A stretch of 62,486 bases of DNA, the filler included, from Clostridiaceae bacterium (GTDB lineage: Bacteria > Bacillota > Clostridia > CAYPLH01 > DUMO01), in the NCBI GenBank assembly GCA_012839865.1. It is 7 parts of 6 records of this genome, joined end to end, with 100 filler letters (N's around TTAATTAATTAA, not from the genome) between each part and the next. Parts side by side here need not be neighbours in the genome. Positions count along the whole stretch, not along the records: positions 1 to 7,337 come from DUMO01000039.1; positions 7,438 to 20,848 come from DUMO01000040.1; 5 more parts are not named here. The stretch is one strand, 5' to 3'. The translations under genes and the position numbers were made by a program. Each line of letters begins with the position of its first letter. Within the stretch, counting starts at the first letter, position 1. Under the pieces are notes generated by a model, which worked only from the letters and a program-made list of their open reading frames with translations, searched no databases and had not been told where the DNA came from. Below are positions 1 to 9,526 of this stretch, one piece after another.

Positions 1-140
1 GGCCTTGCACTTTTCTTTTTTTCGTGTTATCTTACATCTAGTAGTTTCCATTGTAGGTTTTTTTCCTTTTTAACCTACCAGAGGTCTTTCAGGTCTCATT
101 TCTTTCATACTAAGTTAACAGAGCCTTATCAATTTTGCAA

Positions 141-2307
141 TTACCTTATCTCAACCATAACTACAGTTCTTGGCGGTAATGTAAGTTCCAATTCTTTAGG
201 TTCTTTTTTGGTTACCTGCCCTAAATCCTCGGATTTGCCATCCATTACAACCCGTATTGAAAATTTGTTTCCTTTTAATTCATACTTGCCAAGTTCAATA
301 ACGGTATTAACCTTTTGCTCGCTATCAGAAACATTGGCAAAAAACAATCCTATACTTTCGTCTTTATATTTCCATGCTGAATGAACTATACAATCAACAA
401 TTTCTTTTCCTCTTGAATTGTAATACTGCGGCCATTTGGTAGGAACATTGTATATGTACCAGTCAAGTTCGATTTTCCCGCACTCAAATTCCAGGGGTCT
501 CAACAAGGTTCCATAGGCAAGGTACTTATTACCCTCTCCGGTTCTTAAATCTGCAAATTGTCCGACATATGACGCTCTTTCCGGAACAAATTCATATTTT
601 CTGGATTCAATAATCGCATAATGCTCATTTATTGGATTTTCCCTGCCATCCAGCATCTCCATGGGACTATATTCATAGTTCAGTTCATACAAGCCGCCCC
701 AGAGATAAACCTGTGCCACGGTTTTATAAAACAAGGTTCCTGCTTCTTCAGCCAGCCTTCCCCATCCGTCCATTCTTACAGGACCGTATTCATGATAGAC
801 ATATGTGAACATTGGTATTTTTTCAGCGGCATATGAATGTATCAATTGTCTGAAATTGCTTCCTTCGTAAACACATGCATGGCCTGTTTCAGCTCTCGCC
901 TGATAAAAATCCAGTACATCAATAAAGGCTTCTGTTATTGTTTCAGTTCCCTGGGGAATATATTTGTTCGAAGCTTTATTCATTGCAGTCTTGGTATCCA
1001 GAAAAGTATTCCTGTATGCCCTGGTAATCTCGCTGCCTGCACCAACTGTATGACCATGGTTCGGATCCATACATGCGTGAAGTGTGTTGTTTGCAGAAAT
1101 ATCATAGTACATAGCATCTATGTCATAATCAGCCGCAAGCCTCTCATCGCGCCTTATATGCAAATCCTTTGTAAACTCCGCTACCGGACAGAGGAAGTTG
1201 AAGTCCTTTGCTCCCTTTGTTCTCAAGGGTTTCGGAAAAACCAGAAGCGCTTTTTGAGATAAGTTTGAATCAGCACCTTTAATGTTTATTATGTAGTCCA
1301 ATTCAAAGGGCGCAAACTTGTCTCCAAGTTCTCTTATCGTGCTGATATTTTTTTTGTTGAACATCGCTGGAAACCAGTCTTTATAGCCTCCGGGAATATG
1401 GTTATAGTAATTCTGGCCTGAAAAAGCCCAATCCGGTCCTAAAATGTGAAAAATTTGAGCTCCTGTTGACTCACTGTACCTTTTTATCCATCCGCTTCTG
1501 TCGTAGGCTGCTTCAATTCCAAAGGTTACAAGCCCAACATCCTCCAGCAGCCACTTTGATTTATTATTCTCATCCGCATCCGCCAGTATGCCTTTTTGGC
1601 ACCACTCCTGTTTTGTAGCCCACTCTTTGTAGATATCTGCAGCTTCATACCAGGAGCCTTCCTCAAGAAGCTTCACAACTGTCGGATACTTGACTTCCAT
1701 TCCCTTTTTGGGGCCGATATCCTCATTTCCATGCATTATGGCAGCTTCAAAGAGTTTATACTTGTTTGTTACACAGTTAAACCATTTTCTATGGTATTCG
1801 CCATCATCTGTGCAGAAGTATAAACCACCTTTGTTTTTTCCAAAATAAGCAAAAAACTGCATGGTTGAACCGTCAATTCCATCGGGATAAGGAGCAAATC
1901 TCAAACCCTCCCCGGGAATGGAAAAATTTTTTATGGGATCATTAATCAGATATCCCGTAGCATAGTTGTGGGCAAGATAGTCTTCCTTACCTCCTTCCGT
2001 AATATTGCTGATAAGAGAATGTTTCGAAGCTTCCATCCATTATGCTTTTCCAGTCAATCCTGAAGGGGGTTGTATTCTCCCTGTAGTCTATAAACTCAAT
2101 ATTTTTAATTTTGTCGTAAATGCTTACAATACAGCCGTCTTTTTTTGAAAAGGATACGGATATCATATCATTTTCTATTGTTACCAAGCTCTCGTCCTCC
2201 CTGAATATACTTTTTTTATCGTTATTGCACCCTGTTAAAATGATAAATCCGATTGAAATAATGCATATTGTTAATAGTGCAAATAATGTATTCTTCTTAA
2301 TAAACAT
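141..2307 (-). pseudogene. DUF6259-like lipoprotein (putative glycoside hydrolase-like), split into two frames
   Basis: ORF 1987..2307 has a signal peptide with lipobox LTGC and a beta-rich start. ORF 141..2036 carries the YYDISANN...CMDPNHGH motif. The two overlap out of frame near 2000-2040. Confidence 0.6.
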
Positions 2308-2520
2308 CCGACAAACACCTCTTGCTATTTATTAAGGCCAAATACAAGCGAAGGTCAGGTCTATTGGGTTAAGATACACTTGTAATGCTTGAATAGAAAA
2401 TATTAAAAACCATAGTCTCTTAACATACTATATAAGACTGTGTTTTATTTGCTTTTGCATACCATAGATATGCATGATGACGGCCAGTACGATATCCTGC
2501 CTGAATTCAGCTCAAATAAC

Positions 2521-3708
2521 TTATAAGATTTGCGAAATAATTTCATCCAGCCTCATGCCGTCTTCTTTTATATATTGTCTCCAGTACTCAACCGACTTTT
2601 TTAATCTAAAAAGGATATCTCTGTTATAATCCGCAGTTCCGGAAAAAACCTCCAGAGTGAGGTACAGCTTTTCACATTTCGGGGGGAAACCGTCTGGTGC
2701 TCCGTTTATATAGGAGTCATAAATAGCCCTTAGTACTTTTCCGCCATCAATAATACCGGTCTTGTTATATTCCTGGGTAAATGGCCTGTGAGAAGATGAA
2801 TTACCGTCTGTCTGCTGCAAGTGGATAATCGGTGAATAGCACCCAAGCTTGCCAAGCCATGCATATGTATCTCCATCTTCATACTCAGCAAATAAATATG
2901 GATACTTTTCCATGTCCTTTTCTATCTTTATAATCTGGCTTTCTATGCTTAATTCCGGCGTATTGACTGCATCATCCAGGATTTTATCTGCATACTCTGA
3001 ACCAAGCCATATTCCACATACTTCACGTTTTTCTTTTATGGTTTTGATGTATTCACCAATCCTGCTGCTGTCTGGCTTGAGGAATTTTCTTTGACCTGAC
3101 TGGTGTCCGGTATCTATCGTAATATAAAAAGGACTGTCTTTTCCTGAAACTGTTTTTATTAGCTATTCAGCGCCCTTGATAGTCCAGGGAATCTGATGGG
3201 GGGAGTACATCTGCTCCAAAGAAATAAACTTAAGTCCTTTTCCGCTTGCGTATTTCGATAGTTCAGCAAGCTTGTTATATAAATCCCTTTCATAAGATTC
3301 ATAAGCTTTAGGGTCCATCAGTACACTTACGGGAAAAGCATGGCAAAAAAAGCCCAAACCGGCATCCACCTTTACACAGGTATCTACCATTTTCTTTAGC
3401 CATTCATTAAGAAATTTTTCTCTTATACGAATATCTGTATGTGCAAGCCCAAGAGTGGCATAGGTGCCGTGTCCGGAATATAAGCTTGATACTTCTACAC
3501 CTGTTTTACTGGTGCACTTGTTTACCTCATCTGTCCAGTCCTCAAGATATTCAATTGAAGTATATAAGGGATCACATTCATTGTCTGCACTAGCTTCCAC
3601 GAACCAGACGCCAAGATCCTTGATTACTTCCATCCACTCCAAAGGTTTTGTCCATCTTTTCGAGGCAAAGCAATTGTCAATAGCAAGGTAAATTTCAGGA
3701 AGTCTCAT
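2521..3708 (-). pseudogene. Sugar phosphate isomerase/epimerase (xylose-isomerase-like TIM barrel) with one in-frame TAG
   Basis: ORFs 3163..3708 and 2521..2913 share a frame. The sequence between them reads open (GAE*LIKTVSGKDSPFYITIDTGHQ...KDMEKYPY), giving about 395 codons. Confidence 0.8.
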
Positions 3709-3723
3709 GTAAATCCTCCGTTT

Positions 3724-4749
3724 TCAAATCCTTCTGCAGGAATCTCTCTCAATGAACCTGGTTTCCAGAACCACTTTCTTATTACCGCATCTATTATTTG
3801 AAATATCGTCAACAAGTATTGAAACAGCTGTATGAGCAATTTCCTTTGTTGGCATTTGAGTAGTTGTCAGCAGTGGTTTTACATAATTTAGCTCATTAAT
3901 ATTGTCAAAGCCTGCAATACTGATATCATCAGGTACTTTCAAGCCCATTTTTTCCAATTCCATCATTACCCACAATGCAATTCTGTCTTGCAGGCAGACC
4001 ATGGCAGTAGGCTTGTTTTCTCTGCATACTATATTCTTAAGCATAATCCTGTTTATCTCATCGTTAAGATGCGGAGTGGCCTCCATATAGTTTTCTTTTT
4101 CATACATTATATGATTCAATACCATTGTATCCTTAAACGCCTGATAACGTTGATCGTTTATGTATGAGTTATATCTTGGCGAATAGTGAAAATACCCGTT
4201 TATATAAGCAATTCTTTTATGTCCGATATCAATCAGGTACTGAACGGTTTTTGATACAGCGTTATATTCATCGACTTTCACAACATTGGTATCAACATCT
4301 TCCAAATCGTTTAAAACAATAACAGTCGAAATATCATTTTGAATTGCCTTTTTTACATAGGTGGCATCATTGTTTACAGGGAATAAAATCAGCCCGTCAA
4401 CTTTCCTGTCGATAAAAGACAAAATATATTTTTCTTCCTTGTCCGCATCATCATTACTTAGTGCAAGGTTCATCAGGTAGCCGTATTCCCAGCAAATTTT
4501 TTCCACCTCGCTAAACAACATTGCAAAAAACTCATTTTCCACATTAGGAAGGATAATTCCTATTGTGTCTGTTTTCCCGCTTGCCAAAGTCCTTGCATAA
4601 TAATCCGGACGATAATCAAGCTCTTTGACAATGTCAAGAATTTTCGCTTTAGTTTTCTCACTTATTCCAGGTTTATTGTGCAGGGCTCTGTTTACTGTTC
4701 CCGTGGACACATTGCAGAGTTTGGCAATATCATTTATTGTTAGCTTCAT
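3724..4749 (-). CDS. LacI-family transcriptional regulator
   Basis: N-terminal HTH TINDIAKLCNVSTGTVNRAL, sugar-binding domain, PDDISIAGFD motif. Start moved to ATG 4749, which follows a GAGGAG RBS. Confidence 0.95.
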   Translation of the reverse strand: MKLTINDIAKLCNVSTGTVNRALHNKPGISEKTKAKILDIVKELDYRPDYYARTLASGKTDTIGIILPNVENEFFAMLFSEVEKICWEYGYLMNLALSNDDADKEEKYILSFIDRKVDGLILFPVNNDATYVKKAIQNDISTVIVLNDLEDVDTNVVKVDEYNAVSKTVQYLIDIGHKRIAYINGYFHYSPRYNSYINDQRYQAFKDTMVLNHIMYEKENYMEATPHLNDEINRIMLKNIVCRENKPTAMVCLQDRIALWVMMELEKMGLKVPDDISIAGFDNINELNYVKPLLTTTQMPTKEIAHTAVSILVDDISNNRCGNKKVVLETRFIERDSCRRI

Positions 4750-4851
4750 ATGATGCTTACTCCTCAATTTCTATATATTTAAACCATTTTAATATTACAA
4801 CTATTTGTTATTTTATGCAATATTATCACATATTTTGTTATCAGTTTCAGG

Positions 4852-4876
4852 TTTAGGGGGCAAAAAGCCCCCTAAA
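4852..4876. terminator. GC-rich hairpin (terminator or REP-like)
   Basis: Perfect 10-bp stem TTTAGGGGGC/GCCCCCTAAA with a 5-nt loop. The T-run lies on the + strand only. Confidence 0.5.
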
Positions 4877-4990
4877 TTTTTATTTTGCTTGTAACGAACT
4901 AACGGCCTCAAGTTAAAAACTATCAATATAAATTTTTTAATATTTATATTTCAATCTCACTTTATGCCAGTCAGTTTTATCATACTGCTA

Positions 4991-6652
4991 TTATTTTGAC
5001 TTATACCTCTCATAAGCAGCTTGAGTTATCTGCATTGACTCCTCAAGACCCATGGATTTCAGTTGATTTATATACTCATCCCATTCTGTAAAAGGTTTTT
5101 CACCTGTAATAAACTGGGCTGTCATCTGATTCACATAAGTATTCAACTGAGTATCGATAGGTACTTTCTTTTCTGTTTCCTCTTTGGTATACGCAAAAGC
5201 AGCCCATCCCTCCTTATTTATATAGGGAGCAAGGTTTTCAGCAGCTTTTCTGGTAAGCGGAAGCATTTCTGCGCTGTTATAATACTTTTCTATCGCTATG
5301 CTTGGATTTCCCTGACCTGCCCAGGCAAAATACTGGCCTACGGACTGGTCGAATGTAAGACCGTTCGGGTTCCTTTCTATTTCAGCAATGTATTTATAGT
5401 TGCCGTTTTCATCCACATAGCATGTTTCCCCTTCTTTTCCCACAAAGAAAAGCTGCATGCCATCAGGGCTATACAAAAAGTCCACCCAGCGCATGGTTTC
5501 TTCAGGATATTTGTTCACATTGGTCATTACGAAAGCGCCCGGGTTCCATAGCTGCGCATTTACAGCAGACCAGAGGTTATCCCCATAAGGTCCTGTCAGG
5601 GGACCGGGAAGCCCTTCAAAATCCTCTTCATATATTGTACCTGTAATGGGATTGTGATTTATCTGCACAAATGCTCCGATTATATTTTGTGGAATTTTGC
5701 CAATTACATTCGTTCCTGTATAAAGGTCCTGATCTATGAGCCCTTCGGTAAACAATTTATTGACATACATAAGGAAATCCTTGTATCTTGGGTCTGCAGG
5801 CCAGAACCTTACCTTGCCGGTTGATTCATCCATATCAATAAATCCGCAGGAGGTTCCCCTGTTTCCAAGTCCAAATGCGCCTCGCAGAGTCCATTGTATC
5901 TGATTGTAGTTTGGAGCTGTAAGCGGAATCTCATCCTCTGTATTATTTCCATTTGCATCCGAGGTTTTTATTGCTTTCAGGACTTCATACAATTCATCGG
6001 TAGTTGTGGGCATGTCTTTTCCTATCTGATCCAGCCACTTTTTATTCATAAACATTTTGGATATAATTCTTGTAGCCATTACATCCATAATGTACGGCAA
6101 AGAATATATGTGGCCGTCAGCTACTCTTATGCCTTTTGCGACATCCGGGTAAGTTTCAAGTGCTCTGGCAAAATTTGGGCCGACCTTTTCTATCAATGAA
6201 TCCAGTTGTACAAATATGCCTTCAAATCCATATGTCTGAACATCACTCAGCCCAAACGCACATTTGAAGAAAAAGTCAGGCAACTCACCGCTTGTAATTG
6301 CAAGGTTTCTTTTCTCAGCAATGTTTGCAGCAGGCACTTCGAGCCATTCAATATGTATATTAGTTAGCTTCTCAATTTCCTGCCACACGTACATTGTCCC
6401 GAATTCTGCCTGAACTGCAGCTCTTGGAGTCATGGCAGTAAGGGTAATAGGTTTGCTTACTATTGGGAAATCCAATGAGCTTGAACCGCCTGGTTCGGTT
6501 GTAGCCGCAGTACCACCGGTTGTTGCACTGCCGGACTGGGTTGACCCTGTTGTTTGTTTTGTTGAACCTCCACCACCGCATGCAGCAAACATCGATAATA
6601 ACACTACAGCACACAATAGCACCGATATTATCTTTGTTATTCTGGACTTCAT
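4991..6652 (-). CDS. Carbohydrate ABC transporter solute-binding lipoprotein (LplA-like)
   Basis: Lipobox FAAC, Gly/Thr/Ser linker, and typical segments (NIHIEW, GDLPD-like, DGHIYSLP, FITGEKPFTEWDEY). Confidence 0.9.
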   Translation of the reverse strand: MKSRITKIISVLLCAVVLLSMFAACGGGGSTKQTTGSTQSGSATTGGTAATTEPGGSSSLDFPIVSKPITLTAMTPRAAVQAEFGTMYVWQEIEKLTNIHIEWLEVPAANIAEKRNLAITSGELPDFFFKCAFGLSDVQTYGFEGIFVQLDSLIEKVGPNFARALETYPDVAKGIRVADGHIYSLPYIMDVMATRIISKMFMNKKWLDQIGKDMPTTTDELYEVLKAIKTSDANGNNTEDEIPLTAPNYNQIQWTLRGAFGLGNRGTSCGFIDMDESTGKVRFWPADPRYKDFLMYVNKLFTEGLIDQDLYTGTNVIGKIPQNIIGAFVQINHNPITGTIYEEDFEGLPGPLTGPYGDNLWSAVNAQLWNPGAFVMTNVNKYPEETMRWVDFLYSPDGMQLFFVGKEGETCYVDENGNYKYIAEIERNPNGLTFDQSVGQYFAWAGQGNPSIAIEKYYNSAEMLPLTRKAAENLAPYINKEGWAAFAYTKEETEKKVPIDTQLNTYVNQMTAQFITGEKPFTEWDEYINQLKSMGLEESMQITQAAYERYKSK

Positions 6653-6937
6653 AGAAAGTACCTCCTTTTATTGTTATTTGAATTAATATAGAAATCTAAT
6701 TTGTTTTCAGGAATGAAAATATCCGTCAAAAATATATAAATATCTGCATCTTTTGATATTGAATAATTCTCAGCCTTTTATGGCTCCTATCATAACACCT
6801 TTCACAAAATATTTCTGAATAAAAGGATATATGAAATCCATAAAAAATAATTATTTTCGGAAGCGGTTACGATGTTTAAGGTAAACAAGTTTCTTTATAG
6901 TGCATTCAGGGAATTTATATGTTTTACGTTAAAGAAA

Positions 6938-7337
6938 ATGTCAAACAATAATAATTGTGTAAACCGCCTTATTGGCAGGCTGCCGAAAGTAGGCATAAGG
7001 CCCGTTATTGATGCAAGACTGGGAGGCGCTCGCGAATCTCTGGAAGGCCAGACTATGCAAATGGCTGAAAGTGTTAAAAAATTAATTACTGAAAATTTGC
7101 GGCACCCCTGCGGGGCACCGGTCGAATGTGTCATTTCAGATTCTACAATAGGAAGAGCCGCAGAGGCGGCTGCCTGCGATGACAAATTTGCCAGGGAGGG
7201 TGTAGGTGTATCAATTACCGTAACCCCTTGCTGGTGCTATGGCAGTGAAACTATGGATATGAACCCGTATACACCGAAAGCCGTATGGGGTTTCAATGGT
7301 TCCGAAAGACCTGGGGCAGTATATCTTGCAGCGGTAA
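6938..7337 (+). CDS. fucI: L-fucose/D-arabinose isomerase, N-terminal part (cut by contig end)
   Basis: [12 protein letters not shown]...[13 protein letters not shown]...[16 protein letters not shown] matches the FucI N-terminus. Exact start uncertain. Confidence 0.9.
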
Positions 7338-7437
7338 NNNNNNNNNNNNNNNNNNNNNNNNNNNNNNNNNNNNNNNNNNNNTTAATTAATTAANNNNNNN
7401 NNNNNNNNNNNNNNNNNNNNNNNNNNNNNNNNNNNNN
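7338..7437. other. Artificial contig linker
   Basis: 44 N + TTAATTAATTAA (stops in all six frames) + 44 N. Confidence 0.98.
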
Positions 7438-7540
7438 ACTGGATAAACTTTAATGCGTTGCAACCAATACGAAAATTCCAGGTTCCAAACCGCCGGTCTT
7501 ATATTGATATAAGCAACAACCAACTACCCGCTCATCACCC

Positions 7541-9488
7541 TCACGCCATCAGCTTCAAAAACACCTCCACAATATCCGGGTCAAATCTTTTTCCCGCCTC
7601 ATCCTTTATCACTTCAAGAGCTCTTGCTTTTCTTTCGTCAAGGGGTTTATCCACTCTGTTGAGTATGCGTTCATATGTCTCAACAATTGTAACGATCCTT
7701 GACAAGAAGGGAATCTGCTCGCCTTTAAGCCCTCTCGGGTATCCTGCGCCGTCCCACCTTTCATGGTGGCTATACACTAATTCGGCCAAATCCAGTGTGT
7801 CATCAAAAAGATTCAAAATACGATAACCAACAACTGAATGCTCCTGTATTAATTCCGCTTCTTCATCAATCAGGGACTCATTGGATAAGACACTCTCATC
7901 AAGTTTAATTTTCCCGATATCGTGCAAGTAACCTGCACGCTTCAACTTGCTGATTTCCGGCTCCGGGAGATTTAAGGCTTTGCCGACCATACCACATATT
8001 TCGCTGACAAACTCCGAGTGCTGCTTCTCTCTGGGGTTTTTCGAATGCAACGTTTCAACTAACGTACCTATGATGTCTTTGCTGACAGATTGACGATTGA
8101 TGGTCTTGTCCTTGTACATTGCATTCTCTGCGTTGGATATTGTAACTTCCATGGACTGGTCCGGAAATGTCTTTGTATCGCTCCCAAGTGAGATGCTGCA
8201 CTTTATAGCTGATATGCGTTCATTCTCAAAACCTGAAGCAATTCTTGATATAATCTTCCTTGTATTTTCCTCATTCGTCCTTGGCAGGAGAATAATGAAT
8301 TCATCGCCGCCAACCCGGGCAATGATATCATATTCCCTGCAAGACTGCCTGAGTATATGAGCAGACCTTTTTATAAGCTTGTCTCCTGCTTTATGTCCAA
8401 ATATATCGTTAGTCAGCTTTAAACCATCAATGTCCGCAAAAATTACTGATATTGGCAGGTTGTCGCGATTATCCATTATTTTCAGTTGTTCTTCAAAACA
8501 ACTTCTGTTATACAGCCCTGTAAGCGTATCATGCCTGCTCAGGTAGTTTATTTTCTCTTCCCTTTTCTTACGCTCGGTAATATCAATAAAAGTTACAACC
8601 CCTCCGACGACATCCCCATTTTTTATCTGGGGATATGCGTGGTACTCTACATCAAGGGGAGTGCCGTCGGCTTTCCAGAACACTTCATCAAATGCTTCAT
8701 AACCCTTGCCATTCCTTATAGATTGAACAATCTTGCAGTCGTCTAAAGAAAAAGGTGTTCCGTCAGGGTGGCTGTGATGAATTATTAAATGTACATTTTT
8801 ACCGAGCAAATCATCCTGGCTTTCATATCCCAATAGTTTAATGCAACTTATATTGCAGAATGTGCAATTTCCTTTCAGGTCTATACCGAAAATTGCCTCT
8901 GCAGTGGAGTCCAGTATAAGTTTCAACTGGTTTTTGTTCTCTTCCAATACCTCATTTATCCTGAATAATTCCTGGGTTCTTTCCATTACGGCAGCTTCAA
9001 GGTTATTTATCCTTAACTGTAAAATACCACGAATGCCCTCCCGTACTTTCGTCATTCCGCATAATTTCAATTATACCCTTTTCATTTCTGCGGGCTCCGT
9101 AATATTCCCCTTCATTGCTTCCGTAACTGAAGCTATAAATCTCTTTTTCATGAGCAAGCAAAACCCCAACAAAAAATTTTTCGCGCGAAATTACATCTGA
9201 CAGATTGAGTATATCGTTTTGAATAATTTTATGATTGACCTCATTAATATGCCAGGGCACATATAAAAATGAGCAGATTTGATTATATATATTTTCGTTG
9301 ATATCCCGGGCAATGTTTTCTGTCGTATTTTTAGAAGAAGAAAACCAACTTGAAAAAATAAGATAACCTATACTGCCAATAGATACAAGCATGGCTAATA
9401 TGAATATGGTTATAATTATTCTCCTGAATGAAACGTCCCTTCCTTTGCCTTCCACAGCCGTTACCATCCTTTGCATTAGCAGTCTCAA
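7541..9488 (-). pseudogene. Membrane sensor PAS-GGDEF-HD-GYP protein, split (cytoplasmic part 7541..9070 is open)
   Basis: ORF 9003..9488 has a TM helix and the start of a Cache-like domain. ORF 7541..9070 has PAS, RVGGDEF, LHDIGK and HHERWDGAGYP. The two are joined out of frame near 9010-9020. Confidence 0.8.
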
Positions 9489-9526
9489 ATGAACTACATC
9501 CCAAGCAACATTATATAAACTAAACG

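Noticed and set aside
6858..6871. LacI/cre-like operator CGGAAGCGGTTACG upstream of fucI
   Set aside because: Three mismatches to the TGWAANCGNTTWCA consensus and no second copy found. Too weak to call.
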